A stretch of 64,000 nt of DNA from an uncultured bacterium. GTDB taxonomy: Bacteria; Babelota; Babeliae; Babelales; Babelaceae. Positions 27,302 through 36,149 of this stretch are shown here, piece after piece. The position numbers were made by a program, and so were the translations under genes. Location of the stretch: NCBI GenBank assembly GCA_963722385.1, contig CAVRKK010000002.1, positions 992,001 through 1,056,000 of the forward strand. Direction: 5' to 3'. Below the pieces are notes generated by a model that saw nothing but the letters and a program-made list of their open reading frames with translations, had not been told where the DNA came from and searched no databases. Every line of letters starts with the position of its first letter. Position 1 is the stretch's first letter.

Positions 27302-28432
27302 TTAATCGCAGAATTCTTTGGCAGCATCTGCTAAATGATTAGCAAGATTATGATGGTTTGGGCTTCGTATCGGTTCATCGCGCAAGTCTAAAATATAAGC
27401 GACTAACTCAATGGGCAACCCCGTTGCTTCAAGGAGCGCTTGCTCCTCTTGACTTCGCAAAGCTATGTTTATCAAGTCTAAAATTTCTGCGCGACCGCGT
27501 AATAGGGTGTCTGATCTACGATTAAGCATGACGGGGTGTTGGGAAAGTTCTTGACGTACTCTTGTCAGGTCAAGATTGAGGTTATGTGCCCAATCAAGAA
27601 TAAGTATACGTACAACAATATTGGTATGCCCGTGGGCTGCCGCGCCGAGCAAGGCTTTGTTCAAGGCAGCTCGTGCATTAGGATGTTGCAGATCAATTTT
27701 AGCGAGTAATAGATTAAAAATGCTCTCGTGATTTTTTAGGGCAGCATTTACCAGTGCTGAGTGAAAAGCTTTATCTTGGAGAAAATACCCTAGATTGTCC
27801 AAAATGTAGGTTGCTACTTCATCATATGCTTGTGCAGCTGCGATAACAAAGGCATCGTTAATAATTTGGATGTCTTCTTGGTTATCAACGGTACTGAGCC
27901 CTGCTGCAAGGCTTTCAAGGCGTGATAGAACCATGTTGCTTCGTAACGTAAGATAATAAAGTAATGAGTTATAGCCAAAAAGGAAACCGGGAACGTCGCT
28001 GCCATAAGGATTAGCGCCATAATCTATAAGTAATCTTGTTATATTCGTTGGCCAAGGAAGACTGCCGTCTATAAAGTTATGCTCATGAGTAGGCCGGAAG
28101 GAATGTCCATACTTATTATACGAGGAAGCTCTTTTGAATGGTCCATATGATATATTTTCCATGAGTTTCTTGTAATACGAGAGCTCATCCAAAATGCTTT
28201 GAGGCGAACAACCACGCGCAATCGCTTGCTCAACGAAATTTATGTCATCATTGCGAAAAGCAGTACGAAGTGAGTTTTTAAATTCTTCAGGATCTTGAGC
28301 GAATGAAATTTGTCGATGTTTGGGAACCTCTTGGCTTCTGCCCAATAGTTTTCTGAAATATTCCATGCCGTGGCAGGGCATTGCGCAAAGGACTCCGCAG
28401 ATGAACAGTAAAGCAATTAATTTTCTAAGCAT
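27302..28432 (-). CDS. Exported ankyrin-like protein with F-box-like tail
   Basis: Signal peptide then MEY; LLIDYGANP, INDAFVIAAA, LNKALLGAAAHGH; TGLPIELVAYIL. Confidence 0.75.
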   Translation of the reverse strand: MLRKLIALLFICGVLCAMPCHGMEYFRKLLGRSQEVPKHRQISFAQDPEEFKNSLRTAFRNDDINFVEQAIARGCSPQSILDELSYYKKLMENISYGPFKRASSYNKYGHSFRPTHEHNFIDGSLPWPTNITRLLIDYGANPYGSDVPGFLFGYNSLLYYLTLRSNMVLSRLESLAAGLSTVDNQEDIQIINDAFVIAAAQAYDEVATYILDNLGYFLQDKAFHSALVNAALKNHESIFNLLLAKIDLQHPNARAALNKALLGAAAHGHTNIVVRILILDWAHNLNLDLTRVRQELSQHPVMLNRRSDTLLRGRAEILDLINIALRSQEEQALLEATGLPIELVAYILDLRDEPIRSPNHHNLANHLADAAKEFCD

Positions 28433-28619
28433 ATCGAATCCTAAAATCTATTTAAATTTCATTTATACAGATTATAATAATTGAAAAGTTGCAATGTGTC
28501 AATTTTTATTCAGGAGTAGTGATTTGTCGCCAAGTAAGAGGGCGGAGCTTTTCTGCGCAGGAGAGGACGGTAAAATGGTTGCAATAATTCCAGAAAAATA
28601 TATTCTATAACAGTGAATT

Positions 28620-28706
28620 GGCGAGATTCCCGAGTGGCCAAAGGGAGCGGACTGTAAATCCGCTGGCGTGATGCCTTCGTAGGTTCGAATCCTACTCTCG
28701 CCACCA
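28620..28706 (+). tRNA. tRNA-Tyr(GTA)
   Basis: Cloverleaf with long variable arm, CTGTAAA loop, GGTTCGAATCC and CCA. Confidence 0.97.
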
Positions 28707-28824
28707 GTCTTCCATCGAGTCTTGTATAAATATTGACTTTTCGATCTGTATTTTCGTATATTTGTATATAACGAGTGAGCCCTTCGGGTTATTTGACATG
28801 AAATATTTAACAGGAGTAATAAGA

Positions 28825-29673
28825 ATGATTAATTATATAAAATTTATGGCGATCCTATCGTTGGCTTTACTGGGGGGTCTGCCAACTCATGCGCAAGAGC
28901 TTGTTGCCCCGGCGGAGATAGCAGAAAGCCGTGAAACGCGCGAGGTCCCAGCATTCGAAGGGATATCGGCGAATGCTAGAGCCCCTATTTCAATTAGTGT
29001 AGGTCAGCCCCAAAGTATTACGCTTATGGGTGCCAAAGAAGATCTTGAGCGTATTTCGCTTGAGGTTGAAGATGGCATCCTGATGATTAGGCAAGAAGCA
29101 GATAATGTTATGGGCATAGGCGAAGGATTCCAAGCTATATATTCGAGTGGGCGAAGTATGGTTTGTAATATGGATAAGGGGACTTTTGTTTGCACCTGTG
29201 ATGGGAAAGAATGTGATTTAGGTCAACGCAAGATTCAAGGACCGGTAGAGATTTTTATTACGGTTCCTGATCTTAAAAGTATTACTCTCGCTGGTGTGAG
29301 CACGGCTACTATTGATAAGGTGAATCGGAACGATTTCGTTGTTAAATTAAGTGGAAGCAGTTATTTGACGCTGCCTGACGTCCGGTTGCGAGATCTTGAA
29401 GTAAGGTTATCGGGTAATGGAAGGCTTCAGGCCCGAGGTTTAGTGGTGAATATGGGCTTGCAGTTGAGTGGTTCAAGCAGCATCGATGCGAGTGATTTGG
29501 TTGCTCAGGACGCTGATGTTGAGGTATCAGGATCTGCTCACGCAGAAGTTAATGTGCTCAAGAAGTTAGATGCGCGTGCTTCTGGCGTGGGAAGCATTCT
29601 CTATCATGCAGTAGGGAGACTTGTTGTTTCCGAGAGAAGAAGCGGAATGGGCTCTATACAAAAAATTAAATAG
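28825..29673 (+). CDS. DUF2807 / GIN-domain protein
   Basis: Signal peptide; VEDGILMI, VPDLKSITLAG, repeated LSGS beta-strands. Confidence 0.8.
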   Translation: MINYIKFMAILSLALLGGLPTHAQELVAPAEIAESRETREVPAFEGISANARAPISISVGQPQSITLMGAKEDLERISLEVEDGILMIRQEADNVMGIGEGFQAIYSSGRSMVCNMDKGTFVCTCDGKECDLGQRKIQGPVEIFITVPDLKSITLAGVSTATIDKVNRNDFVVKLSGSSYLTLPDVRLRDLEVRLSGNGRLQARGLVVNMGLQLSGSSSIDASDLVAQDADVEVSGSAHAEVNVLKKLDARASGVGSILYHAVGRLVVSERRSGMGSIQKIK

Positions 29674-29685
29674 AGAAGGACATTT

Positions 29686-30435
29686 ATGAATCTGAGATTG
29701 TTAACATTTATAAGCGCCTTGCTTCTGATGGGTCTTGCTGGTGCCGCTGAAGAATCGCATGTTGCACGAGTTGATGGGCCAGTAGCTATAGACCGTGAGG
29801 TAGGGGGAGCATTTACGGGTGTAAAGTCGATGACGTCGGCAAATGTCTTTATTACGGTGGGTGAACCTCAGGCTATTATGCTCAAGGGGAACAAGGAAGA
29901 TCTTAGTCGTATTATTATGACCGTTGAAAACGGCGTATTAAAGATTCAAGAAAAGTCGCTATGTCGCAAAGGTGGGCGTCGTTTTTGTGACCATGGTATG
30001 AGGAGTCGAGAAATTGAGGTACACATTAAGGTACCCGCTCTTAAGAATGTTGTTCTGGCAGGCGCGGGTAAAATAGAGATTAATAAGGTTGAGGGCGATT
30101 CATTTTCTGCTTTTTTAAGCGGTAGTGGTGATATTTTACTTCCCTCAGTGCGTGTTAATAAGCTTGAAATAGACCTAACAGGATCTGGTAAAATAAATGC
30201 TCGAGGTAGTGCAGAAGAGGTCAGCGTTGAGCTTACTGGCAGTGGCAATGTTAATGTCCTTGATTTAGTTGCTCAAGCTGGTCGGGTACTGCTTACCGGA
30301 TCAGGTAATGTAGAAGTAAACGCAACGAATAAATTGACCGTCAAAATCTCCGGAAGCGGAAATGTTTTCTATCGAGGTAACCCATGCCTAGAGAAGCGGG
30401 TTACTGGTAGCGGCAACGTGCGTAAGGCATGGTAG
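29686..30435 (+). CDS. DUF2807 / GIN-domain protein (tandem paralog)
   Basis: Signal peptide; LTGSG repeats; ISGSGNVFYRGNP. Confidence 0.85.
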   Translation: MNLRLLTFISALLLMGLAGAAEESHVARVDGPVAIDREVGGAFTGVKSMTSANVFITVGEPQAIMLKGNKEDLSRIIMTVENGVLKIQEKSLCRKGGRRFCDHGMRSREIEVHIKVPALKNVVLAGAGKIEINKVEGDSFSAFLSGSGDILLPSVRVNKLEIDLTGSGKINARGSAEEVSVELTGSGNVNVLDLVAQAGRVLLTGSGNVEVNATNKLTVKISGSGNVFYRGNPCLEKRVTGSGNVRKAW

Positions 30436-30468
30436 TTTTCAGTTTTCCCTTATATTTAGTTTGTTGAT

Positions 30469-30502
30469 GAGGGGTTGTCGAAAGATGGCTCCTCTCTTTT
30501 TC
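30469..30502 (+). terminator. Intrinsic terminator after the DUF2807 pair
   Basis: GAGGGGTTGTC-GAAA-GATGGCTCCTC stem followed by a T-run. Confidence 0.7.
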
Positions 30503-30549
30503 GTTAGAATAAAACGCTAGGGTAAAATCACTTGCTTGGCGCGATTAAA

Positions 30550-31142
30550 TCGGAATTAACGTCTATGCGCGAGCATGAATGGCCCATGCTGACCGCGGCA
30601 AAGGTATCCCAAAATCTCTCTGCACTCTGTAACCAAGGTCCTTGGAATATGATCATGCATTGAGTAGCAAGGCTAATTTACTGTCTGTGCGGCGAGCACT
30701 GAATGGCCCTCCGCGGCCAGCGGCAAGGCGGGGTTATCGCAAACCCCCCTTGCAACCTATGCGCCACGGTTCCCTGGACCCTTGGAACGGCCCTAACTAC
30801 TGCACCTTGCATGCTGCTCCTTCTCTACGCTACAGAGCCAGGGACGCATGCGTCGGGCTATTCGTAGAGCCTAATGAGGCTTTTCTTTTATTTATCCATT
30901 GTTTTGGAAACTATTTATTAAAAGGATTATTGAATTCTTCACCGGAGGTGAATGCGAAAGTGCCTAGCCATGTGCCCCCACATGGGTATGGCACATTAAC
31001 AAGCAATAAATGCAGCATGTTGAGCAGCAGAGACCAAATCGATTGGTGCAGGACTAAGTCCTGCCGCTCGCCGCGGAGGCGCTCCAAAAAGAACGGAGAT
31101 ATTTTGTTTCCCGGCAGGTCGTCGAGTAAGCAGGACAATTAG
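30550..31142 (+). pseudogene. Probable decayed ankyrin-repeat gene (alternatively a structured ncRNA)
   Basis: AARRGYRKPPLQPMRHG...CTLHAA and LLNSSPEVNAK keep ankyrin spacing; no credible start. Confidence 0.35.
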
Positions 31143-31243
31143 GTGAAACGGCGATATTCGTAAGATTTCTTAATTTTCTTTAATTTAGATAGATAGCGGG
31201 AGGTTGGTGGCCAACAACTTTCCCTCTCCCGTTAAGCTTAAGC

Positions 31244-32491
31244 CAGGGCCGGCTCACTTAAAAAATTAAAAAACTAAGATATAATGGTTCTCAAAAAAAC
31301 CGGGAGAACCAAGATGGAAGACAGAAATATTAGTTTTTTGGATTATATAGGTGAACTAGAAGACCCAAGAATTGAAAGAGGAAAACTGCATTCAATGGCA
31401 GATATTCTTTTTTTAACTCTGGTAGGGGTTATAAGTGGGTGCGAGGGTTGGAAAGATATCGAATACTACGGAAAAGCTCGATTAGACATACTTAAAAAGT
31501 ATCTACCATTTGAAAATGGGGTACCAAGCGATGATACGTTAAGGAGATTTTTTAGAGCACTTGATCCTAATGAGTTTTCTAAAATATTTGTAAAATGGGT
31601 AAGCGATTTAGTAGCATCAGTAAGGGATAACAGAGACACTGATGATGCAAGAACAGTAGCCATAGATGGGAAAGTGACAAAAAGAAGCTTTGATCAGGGT
31701 GAAACAGAAGATAAAGAGCCTCTTTATCTAGTCAATGCATTTGCGACAGATGTTAGAATGGTCCTTTGTCAAAAAAAGGTAGAAGGAAAATCGAATGAAA
31801 TAACGGCTATCCCGCAGCTCTTGGACTTAATTGATATCTGCGGTGCGATAGTGACGATTGATGCAATAGGGACCCAGAAAAAAATTGCTCAAAAGATTAT
31901 TGACAAAAAAGGGGATTATTTGCTTAATGTAAAGGGCAATCAAGGCGATCTTCTTGAAGAAATAAAAACTTTCTTTGAAATAGAAAGCGAATCAAAATAT
32001 ATCAATATTAAGCATGATACATTTTCAGAAACAGAAAAAGGGCATGGTCGAATTGAGATTAGGACTTGTACAACAACCGATCAAATAGGCTGGCTTTCTA
32101 AAAAGAATGATTGGGTCTCACTAAAGAGCATTGCCTGTATACAAGCAGAGCGATTGATTGGTAAGAATAAGACTATAGAAAAACGTTACTACATAACAAG
32201 TATTCCTGCATCAGCAGAAAGAATATTGCGCGCCGCAAGAAGTCACTGGTTAATAGAGAATTCGATGCATTGGGTACTCGATGTTTGCTTTAATGATGAT
32301 CAATCGAGAATTCGAAAAGGTAATGCTCCTCAAAATGTAGCGACCATCAAAAGTTTGGCGCTTAACTTGCTCAAACGAGCCCAGCCATTGGTTGATAAGT
32401 ACATCAGTATCAAATGTCTTCGAAAGCTGTCTTGCTGGCAACCTAGCACTTTGGAATTAATTGTCAATCAAATTTAGATGAGCCGGCCCTG
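31244..32491 (+). mobile_element. Complete ISAs1-family insertion sequence (1248 bp)
   Basis: TIRs CAGGGCCGGCTCAcTTAAA / TTTAGATGAGCCGGCCCTG; 9-bp TSD AGCTTAAGC at 31235-31243 and 32492-32500; AT-rich. Confidence 0.95.
31314..32477 (+). CDS. ISAs1-family DDE transposase
   Basis: DPR, PSDDT, AIDGK, KSNEITAIP, TIDA, KGNQ, GHGRIE, HWLIEN.MHWVLDV. Confidence 0.95.
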   Translation: MEDRNISFLDYIGELEDPRIERGKLHSMADILFLTLVGVISGCEGWKDIEYYGKARLDILKKYLPFENGVPSDDTLRRFFRALDPNEFSKIFVKWVSDLVASVRDNRDTDDARTVAIDGKVTKRSFDQGETEDKEPLYLVNAFATDVRMVLCQKKVEGKSNEITAIPQLLDLIDICGAIVTIDAIGTQKKIAQKIIDKKGDYLLNVKGNQGDLLEEIKTFFEIESESKYINIKHDTFSETEKGHGRIEIRTCTTTDQIGWLSKKNDWVSLKSIACIQAERLIGKNKTIEKRYYITSIPASAERILRAARSHWLIENSMHWVLDVCFNDDQSRIRKGNAPQNVATIKSLALNLLKRAQPLVDKYISIKCLRKLSCWQPSTLELIVNQI

Positions 32492-32508
32492 AGCTTAAGC
32501 AGTCCAGC

Positions 32509-32537
32509 TTGCAATAAGTAGGAAAATACATTAATCT
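32509..32537 (+). promoter_or_regulatory. Likely sigma70 promoter of the tRNA-rpmG-secE operon
   Basis: TTGCAA-N17-TAATCT, 11 nt before tRNA-Gly. Confidence 0.55.
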
Positions 32538-32548
32538 AACTAGGAAAT

Positions 32549-32624
32549 GCGGGAATAGCTCAATTGGTAGAGTGGCAGCCTTCCAAGCTGTAGGTTGCGG
32601 GTTCGAGTCCCGTTTCCCGCACCA
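32549..32624 (+). tRNA. tRNA-Gly(TCC)
   Basis: GCGGGAA/TTCCCGC acceptor stem, CTTCCAA loop, CCA. Confidence 0.97.
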
Positions 32625-32655
32625 AGAACAAAGAATTATGGATACAAAGGTGTAC

Positions 32656-32731
32656 GCTGGCGTAGCTCAGTTGGTAGAGCAGCTGATTTGTAATCAGCAG
32701 GTCGCTGGTTCAAGTCCAGTCGCCAGCTCCA
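32656..32731 (+). tRNA. tRNA-Thr(TGT)
   Basis: GCTGGCG/CGCCAGC stem, TTTGTAA loop, CCA. Confidence 0.97.
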
Positions 32732-32843
32732 TAGTTAATTTGTTTTTTTCTTTTTTTTCAATTACACTAACTAGAAAGTGAGCATGAAAGATGCTTGGGC
32801 CCTTGCTCGCACATGAGCGCAGGGAAATAAGGAATATACGTAA

Positions 32844-32919
32844 GCCCACGTAGCTCAGTTGGTAGAGCACTTCCTTGGTAAGGGAGAGGTCACCGGTTCA
32901 AGTCCGGTCGCGGGCTCCA
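32844..32919 (+). tRNA. tRNA-Thr(GGT)
   Basis: TTGGTAA loop, GGTTCAAGTCC, CCA; A5-C68 mismatch in the acceptor stem. Confidence 0.95.
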
Positions 32920-32950
32920 TAAGCAAGACACGCAAAGGTGCAGGCACAAG

Positions 32951-33109
32951 ATGGCAAAAAATAGGGTGACGACTCATCTAGCATGTGAAACATGCAAGGA
33001 GCGTAATTACTCACAAGTGGTGGGCAAGAAGCGAACGGTTGGCTCGTTAAAGTTGAGCAAATACTGCCCTCGCTGCCGTAAGCATGTGGGACATAAGGAG
33101 ACGAAATAA
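32951..33109 (+). CDS. rpmG: 50S ribosomal protein L33 (Zn-ribbon C+ form); absent from the ORF track
   Basis: [52 protein letters not shown]. Confidence 0.95.
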   Translation: MAKNRVTTHLACETCKERNYSQVVGKKRTVGSLKLSKYCPRCRKHVGHKETK

Positions 33110-33116
33110 GTTCTAC

Positions 33117-33192
33117 AGGCCAGTAGCTCTAACGGTAGAGCGGCAGACTCCAAATCTGCGGGTTGGGGGTTCGAATCCCTCCTGGCCTGCCA
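33117..33192 (+). tRNA. tRNA-Trp(CCA)
   Basis: AGGCCAG/CTGGCCT stem, CTCCAAA loop, G73, CCA. Confidence 0.97.
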
Positions 33193-33225
33193 TAACGTGG
33201 ATACTATTAACACATAAAGAGGTGC

Positions 33226-33432
33226 TTGTTGAACGGTACGATAAAGAACGCAGTCGAATTTCTTGGGCAAGTGAAAGCTGAATTTCTAAAAATTGAGTGG
33301 CCTACGGTTGAGGAGTTCATTGGTTCTACTATAGTAACGCTGGTTCTTGTTTTATTTTTTACCATATTTGTTTTTGGCATAGACCAAGCTATAAAAGCGC
33401 TGGCTAAGTACATTTTTACGTACACTGTGTAG
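33226..33432 (+). CDS. secE: Preprotein translocase SecE
   Basis: FLGQVKAEFLKIEWPT plus one TM helix; synteny. Confidence 0.92.
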   Translation: MLNGTIKNAVEFLGQVKAEFLKIEWPTVEEFIGSTIVTLVLVLFFTIFVFGIDQAIKALAKYIFTYTV

Positions 33433-33446
33433 GGATTTAGGGGACA

Positions 33447-33968
33447 ATGAAACGCTGGTATGTTGTCCAGGTTCATGCTGGATATGAAGAGCAAGTTAAA
33501 GCAGATATTCTCAAACGTATCGAAGAAACAGGGCTGCAGGACTTGTTTGGCCAAATCTTAATTCCTTCGGCCAAAATGAAGCAGTTTTTTGAGGTTGGTG
33601 ACGCTATGCGTGACCAACAGCTTTTTCCTGGGTACGTTCTTATTGAACTTGAGCCTGTGCCTGAAGCATTTCGCTTGGTAAGTAGCAGGCAACGCGTATT
33701 ACGGTTTTTGGGTGGCAAGGAACCGGTAGCCCTTTCATCAAAAGAGGTTGAGCGTATTCAGGCACAAGTGAGCGGTGCTGTTGTCGTGCCGACGCAAAAG
33801 CATGAACTTGAAGTTGGAAAAGAAATAGAAATTAGAGGAGGCCCGTTTGCTGGCTTTGTAGGCCTTGTTGATAGGGTCAATGAGGAAAGCGAAAAGCTTA
33901 CGGTGATGGTAAGTATATTTGGCAGAATGACGCCGGTCGAATTGAGCTTCGATCAGGTTAAGCGATAG
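33447..33968 (+). CDS. nusG: Transcription factor NusG
   Basis: WYVVQV, LFPGYVL, KOW motif GPFAGFVG, VSIFGRMTPVEL. Confidence 0.97.
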   Translation: MKRWYVVQVHAGYEEQVKADILKRIEETGLQDLFGQILIPSAKMKQFFEVGDAMRDQQLFPGYVLIELEPVPEAFRLVSSRQRVLRFLGGKEPVALSSKEVERIQAQVSGAVVVPTQKHELEVGKEIEIRGGPFAGFVGLVDRVNEESEKLTVMVSIFGRMTPVELSFDQVKR

Positions 33969-33983
33969 AAGGGATAATTTTTT

Positions 33984-34403
33984 ATGGCAGAAGTTAAAGC
34001 ACGCATACGAATGCAACTGCCCGGGGGGGCGGCAACTCCAGCGCCACCGGTGGGTTCTTGCCTTGGGCAGCAGCAAGTTAACATCATGGATTTTTGTAAG
34101 CAATTTAACGCTCGTACTGCAGATAGGAAGGGTCAGACGGTACCCGTTCTTGTTACCGTCTATACTGATAAAAAGTTCACTTTTATTGTCAAAAGCGCAC
34201 CCATTGCTGAGCTGATTAAGAAAAAGTTGAACTTAGCTAAGGGCTCTTCGGTGCCTAATAAGCAAAAAGTAGGCAGGCTCTCGCAAAAAGATATCGAAGA
34301 GATAGCGAAGGCAAAACTTGCTGATCTTAATACGATCGATCTTGAACAGGCAAAAAACATTGTTGCAGGCACGGCCCGCAGCATGGGCGTTGAAATTGAA
34401 TAG
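33984..34403 (+). CDS. rplK: 50S ribosomal protein L11
   Basis: ATPAPPVG, NIMDFCKQFN, GTARSMG. Confidence 0.97.
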   Translation: MAEVKARIRMQLPGGAATPAPPVGSCLGQQQVNIMDFCKQFNARTADRKGQTVPVLVTVYTDKKFTFIVKSAPIAELIKKKLNLAKGSSVPNKQKVGRLSQKDIEEIAKAKLADLNTIDLEQAKNIVAGTARSMGVEIE

Positions 34404-34414
34404 GCAAAAGGGCT

Positions 34415-35122
34415 ATGCCGATGGATAATCATGGAAAAAAGTATCAAAAAGCACGTGAGGCAACAACGGGGATAAAGCACGGCCCTGGCCTTTCTCTTGG
34501 GCAAAGTGTTGCCAAGGTAAAAGAGCTGGCGTACGCCCGTTTTGACGAAACAGTGAGCGTCGATGTGAATCTTGGCATTGACCCCCAAAAGGGCGAGCAA
34601 GTGGTTCGCGGTTCGGTCATGCTCCCGCATGGTACGGGGAAAAAGGTAAAAATACTTGTTTTTGCCAAGGGAGATGCTGCTGAGGCGGGGCAGAAAGCAG
34701 GCGCTGATTATGTTGGTGCTGAAGACCTTATTGAAAAAATAGAATCCGGTTGGATGGATTTTAATTACGCGGTTGCGACACCTGACTTGATGGGCATGGT
34801 CGGTAAGGTCGCTAAAATTCTTGGTCCTCGTGGCTTGTTGCCCAACAAAAAATCGGGAACGGTGACCTTTGATGTTGCTGGTGTAGTGAGTGACCTCAAG
34901 AAGGGCAGGCTTTTCTTTAAGAACGATAAGAGTGGTATTGTGCACTTTGCTTTTGGCAAGGTTTCATTTGCCCCTGAGAAACTGAAGGATAACTTACAGG
35001 CATTCTTAAAAGCGCTTGCTGCTTCACGACCGCCAACGGCTAAAGGGGTATTTATTAAAAAAGTGACCGTGTCTTCTACGATGGGCGTGGGTATTCCCGT
35101 GAGCCTTGACGAGATACACTAA
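34415..35122 (+). CDS. rplA: 50S ribosomal protein L1
   Basis: FDETV, LPHGTGK, ILGPRGLLPN, SSTMG. Confidence 0.97.
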   Translation: MPMDNHGKKYQKAREATTGIKHGPGLSLGQSVAKVKELAYARFDETVSVDVNLGIDPQKGEQVVRGSVMLPHGTGKKVKILVFAKGDAAEAGQKAGADYVGAEDLIEKIESGWMDFNYAVATPDLMGMVGKVAKILGPRGLLPNKKSGTVTFDVAGVVSDLKKGRLFFKNDKSGIVHFAFGKVSFAPEKLKDNLQAFLKALAASRPPTAKGVFIKKVTVSSTMGVGIPVSLDEIH

Positions 35123-35144
35123 CAAGTTTTTAAGGATATAAGAT

Positions 35145-35666
35145 ATGAATCGTAACGAAAAAGAGCTTGTTGTGGAATCGTTACGCGGTGACTTTCGCAA
35201 GAGCCAGGCAACGTTTCTTGTAGGCGTGCAAGGGCTTACGGTTAGTCAACTACAGCAGCTCAGAAGAAATTTACGGGAACACAAGGGCAAGATGCGTGTT
35301 GCTAAAAATACGCTTGCTAAGATTGTCGCCCACGATATACCAGGCATGCAGGAATTGGCGCCCTACTTAAAGCGGCAGATTGCCATTGTGTTTGCCATGG
35401 GCGAGTCGCCAGCGGTTGCCAAAGTACTCTGGTCGGTCGCGCAAGAAAATGAAAAAGTTGCTCTTGTTGCCGGGTCTTTTGAGTCGCGCATTATTGATAA
35501 AGAAATGATTAAATTTCTTGCTCTATTGCCAGCGCGCCCTGTCTTAGCTGCTCAGGTTTGTGCTGCGGTACAAGCACCATTAACGCGCCATGTTAATCTT
35601 CTTCATGCAGTGCTTGCGCGCTTGCTGTGGGTATTGAGTATGGCAGCTGAAAAGAAACAATCATAG
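35145..35666 (+). CDS. rplJ: 50S ribosomal protein L10
   Basis: GLTVSQLQQLRRNLR, VAKNTL; synteny. Confidence 0.93.
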   Translation: MNRNEKELVVESLRGDFRKSQATFLVGVQGLTVSQLQQLRRNLREHKGKMRVAKNTLAKIVAHDIPGMQELAPYLKRQIAIVFAMGESPAVAKVLWSVAQENEKVALVAGSFESRIIDKEMIKFLALLPARPVLAAQVCAAVQAPLTRHVNLLHAVLARLLWVLSMAAEKKQS

Positions 35667-35704
35667 GTAAGGTAAAAGTTCTTTTAAGATATACGGAGAA
35701 TGCT

Positions 35705-36088
35705 ATGTCAACCAAAATCGAACAATTAGTTAATGATATTAGCGGATTAACAGCTCTTGAGCTTGCACAGCTTACTAAATCACTCGAGGGCGTATTTGGC
35801 GTCTCTGCTGCGATGCCAGCAGCAGCAGCTGCTGCTCCTGCTGCTGAAGCCGGTGCCAAGAAAGAAGAAGAAAAGAGCGAGTACAAGGTTGAGCTTATTG
35901 ACGTTGGTGCTAATAAGATTAACGTCATTAAAGCGCTTCGCCAAGTTAACAGCAGCCTCGGCTTGACGCAAGCACGTGAGCTTGTTGATAACGTACCATC
36001 CGTGTTGGCTGAAGCAGCATCTAAAGATGATGCCAAAAAAATGAAGGAAACTCTTGAGGCTGCTGGTGCCAAAGTTAAACTGACATAA
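35705..36088 (+). CDS. rplL: 50S ribosomal protein L7/L12
   Basis: FGVSAA plus Ala hinge, KINVIKALR, LEAAGAKV. Confidence 0.97.
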   Translation: MSTKIEQLVNDISGLTALELAQLTKSLEGVFGVSAAMPAAAAAAPAAEAGAKKEEEKSEYKVELIDVGANKINVIKALRQVNSSLGLTQARELVDNVPSVLAEAASKDDAKKMKETLEAAGAKVKLT

Positions 36089-36149
36089 GCAGGCTTCATC
36101 AATCAGCTATACATAGTACATAATTTTGGTTATACGAGGAGCAGATTTG

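Noticed and set aside
28510..28704. ORF antisense to tRNA-Tyr, and ORFs 32572-32781, 33007-33270 and 33084-33281
   Set aside because: Shadow translations of tRNA genes and rpmG.
30687..31230. Group II intron (GTGCG at 30687)
   Set aside because: No convincing domain V/VI and no intron-encoded RT.
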